DNA of 32,000 nt from Clostridium bowmanii. GTDB taxonomy: Bacteria > Bacillota > Clostridia > Clostridiales > Clostridiaceae. The stretch is from positions 31,923 through 63,922 of the forward strand of contig NZ_JAHLDL010000001.1 in the NCBI RefSeq assembly GCF_018861315.1, read 5' to 3'. The notes under the pieces were generated by a model. That model saw only the letters and a list, made by a program, of their open reading frames with translations, was not told where the DNA came from and ran no database searches. Position 1 is the first letter of the stretch, and the number at the start of each line of letters is the position of its first letter. The position numbers and the translations under genes are program-made. This document shows positions 26,863 through 32,000 of this stretch, one piece after another.

Positions 26863-29139
26863 TTATCTTGCAATTACTAATTGTTTTTCCTTATCAATCA
26901 AATATTTTTTATCGTATATATTTAATGTTATTTTCCCTGTTGAATCAACTTTTATTTTATCTTTCAATATTGAAATGGATACTCTTGAACCTTTCCAATT
27001 AATATTAAAGGATAAGTCTTCCCATTGCTCTGGTAGCCACGGATTTATATTTAATATGCCTTCTTTATTAACTCTTAGGCCTACAAATCCAAAAATAGCA
27101 CTTTGCCATGAGCCTCCTGATGCTGCTGCATGCAGACCAAAATCTGTATTTCCTTGATTATCTTCTAAATCTGTAAATATAGCCTTCATAAAGTATTTAT
27201 AAGCATTTTGCCTATCTCCAACTGCAAGTCCAAGTATTGAATACATAGAAGGGCTTAGCGAAGACTTGTGCATTGTTCTTTTCTCATAATATTCATAGTT
27301 TGATTTCTTAACCTCGTCAGTAAATTCTTCAGGAAGCATAATCATGAGTTGTGCAACATCAGCTTGTTTTATAAGCTGTGTTTCGCCTAACTTATTACCT
27401 TCAAAATCAGGCCATACAGGCATTTCGTTTTCATCATACTGCGTAATTTTTATATCTGCTAAGTCAAAATATCCTTGGAACTGTTCAATAATCATTCCGT
27501 CCTCACTTTTAGGAATATACATTTTTTCAGCCATTATATCCCAAAGCTTGAAATCTTCATCATTAAGGCCTAGCTTAGAACAAAGTACCTTGTACACAAC
27601 ATTGTCTTCAGTCTTTAACCAATCTTTAAAAAATAATGCTTTTTCTATATTCCATTTAGCTAAATAATTTGTAAATACATTATTATCAACATGCTCATGG
27701 AATTCATCAGGTCCTATTACTGAACTTATTTCATATCTATCTTCGGCTTTACTATATTCCACTCTACTTTGCCAAAATTTAGCTGTATCAAGAAGTATTT
27801 CAATACCATAATTTACGAGGAATTCCTTATCGTTAGTTGCTCTATAGTATTCAACTATTCCAAAAGCAATATCCGAGTTTATGTGGTATTCCTCATCTCC
27901 AGTCCAAATTCTAACTGCATTACCATCATAGTCAAATCCCCATTTAGGGGTAACCTCTAGGCCTTCATCAGCAGCCTCCCATGCAAATCTTGCTCCTTTA
28001 TATCCTGTTATAGCAGCATTTTCTCTTGCTCCCTTTAGTGTATTATATCTATACATTAGCAGAGCCTTTGCAACCTTTGGTCTTGTATATATAAAGAAAG
28101 GTAGCATGAACACTTCAGTATCCCAGAAAATATGACCTTTATATCCTTCCCCATGAAGCGCTTTTGCAGCTATACTTACTTTAGTGTCACCATCATAAGC
28201 AGAAGCTGCTAATTGGAATAAATTAAATCTTATACCTAATTGAGCTTTTTCATCTCCACTAATTTTTATATCTATTTCATCCCATATCTTTCTCCAAATT
28301 TTCTTATGTTCTTCAAGTTCAGCTCCGTACCCATCTTTTATAAAATCCTTTAATTCACTAGTACCAGCTGTAAATAGGTCACATTTCATATCTTTATCAC
28401 TAAGGCTTATCCCATATTTAAATATAGTAGCCGTTTTACCTTCTGTCATATATGTTTCGTAGACTTCACTAACCGTTTCACCAAATTCACTATATCTTCT
28501 TGTTTTAAATATATTCCCTCTTTCATTTTCACCCATTAGTGTTGTTAATTCTAAAGATTTCATATTATTATCATTTGTCTCAATAGTTAATGCTATACCT
28601 GGGTTACTATCAAAGATGCTTTTCACCTTAAAATGCTTGTTTTTATTCATTACGTCCCAAGCTCCATTGGTCACCGATCCATCTATATAATTTTCTATAA
28701 ATACTTTTCCATTAAAATTAAGTGGTGTTAATTCATATTTTGAAGCCCATCTATTAATTTTATTTCTACTTACAAATCTTTCACATCTAATATCTATACT
28801 TTTACCCTTTTTAGTAGTTGCAATAAACCTTGTATTTAGAACTCCACTTTGCATATCTAATTCTCTATTAAAGTTATCTAAAACACATTCATCCATATCA
28901 ACTTTTTCATCTTCAATGTAAATGTTGAAGCCCAGTGGATCTTGAAGGTTTACTATTTCCGTCACTTGGCTTTGAGATTTATCAAATATTCCTGCTATAT
29001 AGTTCCCTCTGTTACCTTTTGAAGAAAATTCTAGAGCACCTCTGATTCCCCTGTATCCATTTGCTAATGTAAAAAGTGTTTCATATTTTTTATTATCATA
29101 ATTATTATATTCATTTAATGAAATTTTCCATAAGTCCAT
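26863..29139 (-). CDS. Glycoside hydrolase family 65 disaccharide phosphorylase (maltose/trehalose/kojibiose/nigerose type; specificity undetermined)
   Basis: The ORF is 26863-29154. GGAGGG lies 7 nt before the ATG at 29139 (MDLWKISLNEY...). Typical GH65 blocks are present: ALHGEGYKGHIFWDTEVF, GPDEFHEHVDNNVFTN and HAAASGGSW. It is in an operon with pgmB. Confidence 0.85.
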   Translation of the reverse strand: MDLWKISLNEYNNYDNKKYETLFTLANGYRGIRGALEFSSKGNRGNYIAGIFDKSQSQVTEIVNLQDPLGFNIYIEDEKVDMDECVLDNFNRELDMQSGVLNTRFIATTKKGKSIDIRCERFVSRNKINRWASKYELTPLNFNGKVFIENYIDGSVTNGAWDVMNKNKHFKVKSIFDSNPGIALTIETNDNNMKSLELTTLMGENERGNIFKTRRYSEFGETVSEVYETYMTEGKTATIFKYGISLSDKDMKCDLFTAGTSELKDFIKDGYGAELEEHKKIWRKIWDEIDIKISGDEKAQLGIRFNLFQLAASAYDGDTKVSIAAKALHGEGYKGHIFWDTEVFMLPFFIYTRPKVAKALLMYRYNTLKGARENAAITGYKGARFAWEAADEGLEVTPKWGFDYDGNAVRIWTGDEEYHINSDIAFGIVEYYRATNDKEFLVNYGIEILLDTAKFWQSRVEYSKAEDRYEISSVIGPDEFHEHVDNNVFTNYLAKWNIEKALFFKDWLKTEDNVVYKVLCSKLGLNDEDFKLWDIMAEKMYIPKSEDGMIIEQFQGYFDLADIKITQYDENEMPVWPDFEGNKLGETQLIKQADVAQLMIMLPEEFTDEVKKSNYEYYEKRTMHKSSLSPSMYSILGLAVGDRQNAYKYFMKAIFTDLEDNQGNTDFGLHAAASGGSWQSAIFGFVGLRVNKEGILNINPWLPEQWEDLSFNINWKGSRVSISILKDKIKVDSTGKITLNIYDKKYLIDKEKQLVIAR

Positions 29140-29172
29140 ATTTAAACCCTCCATACTCTTTCGGTATTATTT

Positions 29173-29186
29173 CGAAAACGTTTTTG
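29173..29186. promoter_or_regulatory. LacI-type operator palindrome 1 (in the 5' UTR of the GH65 operon)
   Basis: The sequence is CGAAAACGTTTTTG. It is the exact reverse complement of site 3 at 29312-29325. Confidence 0.55.
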
Positions 29187-29193
29187 TAATTTT

Positions 29194-29222
29194 ATTATAC
29201 TTTTTCGTGAAAACATTTTCAA
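29194..29222 (-). promoter_or_regulatory. Sigma-A promoter of the GH65 operon
   Basis: On the minus strand: TTGAAA (plus 29217-29222), a 17-nt spacer, then TATAAT (plus 29194-29199). Confidence 0.6.
29208..29221. promoter_or_regulatory. Operator/cre-like palindrome 2 overlapping the -35 element and spacer
   Basis: The sequence is TGAAAACATTTTCA. It has one mismatch (central CA instead of CG) to the cre-type consensus TGWAANCGNTNWCA. Confidence 0.5.
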
Positions 29223-29311
29223 ACATCTTGAAACCCTTTGCAGTGGATATTGTCTTGTTCTTTCTTACTAATGCTCTTGTATTCTCTATTTATCGCAATA
29301 TTATATTTTTC

Positions 29312-29325
29312 CAAAAACGTTTTCG
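29312..29325. promoter_or_regulatory. LacI-type operator palindrome 3 (distal)
   Basis: The sequence is CAAAAACGTTTTCG. Its centre is 139 bp from the centre of site 1. Confidence 0.5.
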
Positions 29326-29362
29326 TAATAGTACTTATGATAACCATGATTTCCTAATGTAA

Positions 29363-29599
29363 TTATACTTTTAGTAATTTCCTATTTTCTAACTTGATAA
29401 TTTCCCCTACAATCATAGAGGCATTTGCAGATACTACAATTTCTGCCACCTTAATCTTAGTTGCCATACCCCCAGTTCCAAGTTTTGACCCTGCACCCTT
29501 TGCTGATCGCTTAATTTCATATGTTATTTTTTTTACATTATAAATAGTTTTCGCATTAGGATTTGTCCTACTAGTTTCCTTTTTAATATTCCGTAACAT
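29363..29599 (-). pseudogene. Internal fragment of a glutamate 5-kinase (proB) gene
   Basis: The 78-aa ORF contains NPNAKTIYNVKKITYEIKRSAKGAGSKLGTGGMATKIKVAEI, which matches the central ProB block (...GTGGMxTKlxAA...). The N-terminal kinase core and the C-terminus are both absent. Confidence 0.6.
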
Positions 29600-29611
29600 A
29601 GAGCATTTACT

Positions 29612-29640
29612 TTGATATATTTATATGATATATTGATAAT
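29612..29640 (+). promoter_or_regulatory. Candidate sigma-A promoter of the hemerythrin-like gene
   Basis: TTGATA (29612-29617), a 17-nt spacer, then GATAAT (29635-29640). Confidence 0.45.
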
Positions 29641-29647
29641 TAATAAT

Positions 29648-29662
29648 TGATAATAATTATCA
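29648..29662. promoter_or_regulatory. Fur box (7-1-7 type)
   Basis: TGATAATAATTATCA matches the 7-1-7 Fur consensus TGATAATnATTATCA at every position. It lies just downstream of the -10 element. A further TGATAAT half-site is at 29634-29640. Confidence 0.65.
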
Positions 29663-29693
29663 ATATTACAAATAATTTTTAGGAGGATATATT

Positions 29694-30248
29694 ATGAATG
29701 CTATAGAGCTAATGAAGGAAGAACATAAACTTATAAAAAGAATGTTAATTGTAGTTAGAAAATTTTCTATTAAAGTACTTAACAATGAAGAAATTGATTA
29801 TAATGACTTTTATAGTGTTATTGACTTTGTAAGAAATTATGCAGATAAACACCACCATAATAAAGAAGAGGTTATTCTCTTTAAAAAGATGAGTGAAGTT
29901 TTAGGTGAGAGAATAGCTAATGGTCCTATTATGGGGATGTTAGTTGAGCATGATTTAGGTAGACTTTTTATGGGGAATCTAGAACTTGCCTTAAGAAAAT
30001 TTCAAGCTGGAGATAGTGACTCAAGAGTAGATATAATTGCCAATGCTATAGCCTACACTGACTTACTTAATAGACATATTGATAAAGAAGACACCGCTAT
30101 TTATACTTTTGCTCAAAAAAGATTAAGTGTGGAGCAGTTAGCCGAAATAGATGCTCAATGCTTTGACGTTGAAGCTGAGGCTATAAAGAAAGGCCTTCAA
30201 GATAAATATGTTGAATTATTAAGTAAATTGGAATCCAAATTAGTTTAA
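29694..30248 (+). CDS. Hemerythrin-like (HHE cation-binding) domain protein
   Basis: 184 aa behind an AGGAGG RBS. The His/Glu ligand pattern reads MKEEHKLIKRM, YADKHHHNKEEVILF, VEHDLGR and HIDKEDTAIY. Confidence 0.7.
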   Translation: MNAIELMKEEHKLIKRMLIVVRKFSIKVLNNEEIDYNDFYSVIDFVRNYADKHHHNKEEVILFKKMSEVLGERIANGPIMGMLVEHDLGRLFMGNLELALRKFQAGDSDSRVDIIANAIAYTDLLNRHIDKEDTAIYTFAQKRLSVEQLAEIDAQCFDVEAEAIKKGLQDKYVELLSKLESKLV

Positions 30249-30311
30249 TCTAAAAGAAAAAAACAGTGTTTTATATCATAGTGAATTTATGATATAATTG
30301 ATTTATTGTCA

Positions 30312-30371
30312 TTAGGCATCTTGGAAAAAATAACAAGCCTCCACATTAGTTGTTTTTTTCAAGATGCCTAA
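30312..30371. other. 60-nt strong hairpin with no U-tract
   Basis: TTAGGCATCTTGGAAAAAATAACAA (30312-30336) pairs with TTGTTTTTTTCAAGATGCCTAA (30350-30371) with two bulges. The 13-nt loop GCCTCCACATTAG contains CCTCC. Confidence 0.5.
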
Positions 30372-30411
30372 ATCAATGACTAAATAAAAAATGTAAAGTG
30401 AGAAGAATAAA

Positions 30412-30825
30412 ATGAGAAATGCAAAATTAGAAAGAGCAATAATTAGAATAGATAATGATATTGCCGCTATGAACATAGCTAAAAAATACTTATCAAATTT
30501 AGAAGAAATTAATGTTGTCCGAGATACGTTAAATAACAAAAGGCAATTGCTAGCCGATGAATTGTATGCTGAGGATAAAAAATGTTATGAAGAATGTTGT
30601 GATGTTATAGAAGAAATGTTAGATAATGAACTAGCAAAAGACGATCAAATAGAATTACTTGAAACTATAAAAGAAAGTTTTGGAAGACAAGCGCCAAATG
30701 CAAGCAAAAAAAGTAGTGGCCTTAATGCTTGGTTAAAACAACTTTGCATTGAATACGATTGGGTTAAAAACGAAGAAACTGATTGGGATACACTTGTTAT
30801 TACTGGATTTGGGTTATATGAATAA
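30412..30825 (+). CDS. Hypothetical protein (137 aa), family not recognised
   Basis: The ORF has only a weak RBS (GTGAGAAG). It is followed by a strong terminator. The N-terminal half looks coiled-coil-like, and the C-terminus is Trp-rich (WLKQLCIEYDWVKNEETDWDTL). Confidence 0.5.
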   Translation: MRNAKLERAIIRIDNDIAAMNIAKKYLSNLEEINVVRDTLNNKRQLLADELYAEDKKCYEECCDVIEEMLDNELAKDDQIELLETIKESFGRQAPNASKKSSGLNAWLKQLCIEYDWVKNEETDWDTLVITGFGLYE

Positions 30826-30866
30826 GTCCTAAATTTAGTACTTGCTTTGAATTTTCCAATATAATT

Positions 30867-30900
30867 AAAAACCATGTTGAGATACTTCAACATGGTTTTT
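30867..30900. terminator. Bidirectional terminator shared by convergent genes
   Basis: AAAAACCATGTTGA (30867-30880) pairs with TCAACATGGTTTTT (30887-30900). A- and T-runs on both sides make it usable on either strand. Confidence 0.8.
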
Positions 30901-30985
30901 AATTGCTCTAAGCCAATGTTTCTTACTGTTTCACAACTCATAATTGTAATCAAAAGGTAAAATAATTATATTTATCATATTTTTT

Positions 30986-31090
30986 TTACTTTCCTACTTC
31001 TGGAACTTCTTTTGCATCTTTATTCTTCATTTTCTTATTATTATCACCTTTAGGTTGAACTTGTGATCTACTCATTCCTTTTTTTGGCAT
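30986..31090 (-). CDS. Small basic hydrophilic protein, 34 aa
   Basis: This ORF is not in the track. AAGGAGAG lies about 7 nt before ATG at 31090. The translation is MPKKGMSRSQVQPKGDNNKKMKNKDAKEVPEVGK, ending at TAA 30986-30988. The composition recalls minor small spore proteins, but this rests on composition alone. Confidence 0.4.
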   Translation of the reverse strand: MPKKGMSRSQVQPKGDNNKKMKNKDAKEVPEVGK

Positions 31091-31146
31091 AATATTCTCT
31101 CCTTAAATTTATTTGATAACTTAGTTTATTATTCCCCTCCTTTAAA

Positions 31147-31191
31147 TTAAAATAAGGTATTGTAACGCTATATTACAATACCTTATTTTAA
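31147..31191. other. Perfect 19-bp inverted repeat in a divergent intergenic region
   Basis: TTAAAATAAGGTATTGTAA (31147-31165) is the exact reverse complement of TTACAATACCTTATTTTAA (31173-31191). The loop is 7 nt (CGCTATA). Confidence 0.6.
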
Positions 31192-31281
31192 CCTGTAAGA
31201 AAACTTTTATTCTAAATTTATGTTTCTTTTCCCTCTTAAAGTTGGTAGTATTTACGTATACAGAATATAAGGGGTGCACAA

Positions 31282-31647
31282 ATGAACTTGAAACTTCTTT
31301 TTCATAAAAAAGAAAAAACAATCTTCGGTTTAAATGAAGAACAAAGTTTTAATATAGATGCTTTAGCTTCCGAAAATCGTAGCAATTTTATAGAAGATAG
31401 CAAAGGTTTTATTTATACAACTACAAGCAAAATATGCAAAAGACATTTGATTTGGGAAAATGATGAAGAGCTAAGTATCTCTCTTATGGCTTTTAACATA
31501 TCCTGCGACAAATATGATAAAACAAAATGAAATTTTTATGGTTTCAGTAAAATTATTATTAAAAACGCACTGATAGACTTTTTTAGAAAAAATAAGAATT
31601 GTCCTAATCTAATCTTTGACAATAATAATATTAACTTCATCGAATAG
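31282..31647 (+). pseudogene. sigI: Decayed sigma-I factor gene
   Basis: The translation ...FIYTTTSKICKRHLIWENDEELSISLMAFNISCDKYDKTK runs into TGA at 31528-31530. It continues in the same frame as NFYGFSKIIIKNALIDFFRKNKN... to TAG at 31645-31647. This matches the region-2 block of SigI (...SVCKRYID..DDEFSIGLIAFNEAIEKY...G...FAELIIKRKVIDYIRKE). The whole region-4 half, roughly 90 aa, is missing before the next gene. Confidence 0.65.
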
Positions 31648-31756
31648 AAAATTAATTGAAAAATGGCGGATATATATAATACCCTTGATATTGATAATAA
31701 TAAATCCAGAATATATATATCTAAAATCCTATTTAAATATAAAAGAGGGTGAACCC

Positions 31757-32000
31757 AATGAATAAAACAGGTATTGTTATATATGTTTTAAATAAAAAAG
31801 CCGGTATTATGACTGACCATGGTGAGTTTGTATATATAAAATTCCGAAAAGCATTGCCTAAAGTAGGTGAAATTTACACAGGAGAATTATGGAGGAAAAC
31901 TGCATTTATTTACAAATATATGGTAACTGCAGCCTCCTTAATGTTTATATGTATTTGTAGTGTTGTGGGACATGCCTACTACACTCCAGTTACAACCCTA
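31757..32000 (+). CDS. rsgI: Anti-sigma-I factor RsgI, N-terminal part (continues beyond the window)
   Basis: This ORF is not in the track because it is open-ended. AGAGGGTG precedes ATG at 31757. The translation is MNKTGIVIYVLNKKAGIMTDHGEFVYIKFRKALPKVGEIYTGEL, followed by a TM helix (VTAASLMFICICSVV). This fits the RsgI_N pattern (GIV.e...k.a.vLT.dGeF..ik......vGdEi). Confidence 0.65.

Noticed and set aside
30312-30539. A 75-aa minus-strand ORF overlapping the start of the 137-aa gene.
   Set aside because: The peptide is hydrophobic and low in complexity, with no RBS. It overlaps both the 60-nt hairpin and the better-supported plus-strand ORF.
31224-31258. A possible SigI-type autoregulatory promoter (a C-rich -35 CCCTC followed by CGTA) upstream of the sigI relic.
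   Set aside because: I do not recall the consensus and spacing precisely enough. The spacing here (about 21 nt) does not clearly fit, so it is not reportable as a feature.

Overview
This is an AT-rich, Clostridium-type (low-GC Firmicutes) chromosomal segment. It is mostly housekeeping and accessory metabolism. I saw no rRNA, tRNA, CRISPR array, IS/transposase or prophage genes.

Gene order, left to right:
- 3' end of a ClC-type channel gene
- transketolase
- a decayed PfkB-family sugar-phosphate kinase relic
- a 56-aa clostridial 2x[4Fe-4S] ferredoxin (absent from the ORF track)
- a YitT-family membrane protein
- a 199-nt rod-shaped hairpin
- asnS behind an Asn (AAC) T-box leader
- a twice-frameshifted HgdC/BcrA-type activase relic
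- a small acidic orphan
- a second YitT paralog
- an MBL hydrolase
- a VOC/glyoxalase protein
- a motA-motB stator pair
- clpS-clpA
- two tandem paralogous Cys-rich orphan genes
- a 126-aa orphan
- a second 186-nt rod-shaped hairpin
- a DUF218/YdcF protein
- a glycerophosphodiesterase
- a DMT/EamA transporter
- a YoaK/DUF1275 protein
- a six-gene minus-strand operon (GH65 phosphorylase, LacI regulator, ABC binding protein, two permeases, beta-phosphoglucomutase), driven by a TTGAAA-17-TATAAT promoter set among three operator palindromes
- a proB relic
- a hemerythrin-like gene behind a perfect Fur box
- two orphan genes
- a decayed sigI next to an apparently intact rsgI start

Most worth a second look:
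- the paralogous Cys-rich pair at 15.3-17.0 kb, a possible spore-surface (SPOCS/DUF3794-like) module
- the two roughly 190-200-nt rod-like hairpins; the first has a 6S-RNA-like layout
- the Fur box upstream of the hemerythrin gene
- the sigI relic beside rsgI
- four gene relics in 32 kb

All family calls come from reading the translations and motifs by eye. No database search was run.
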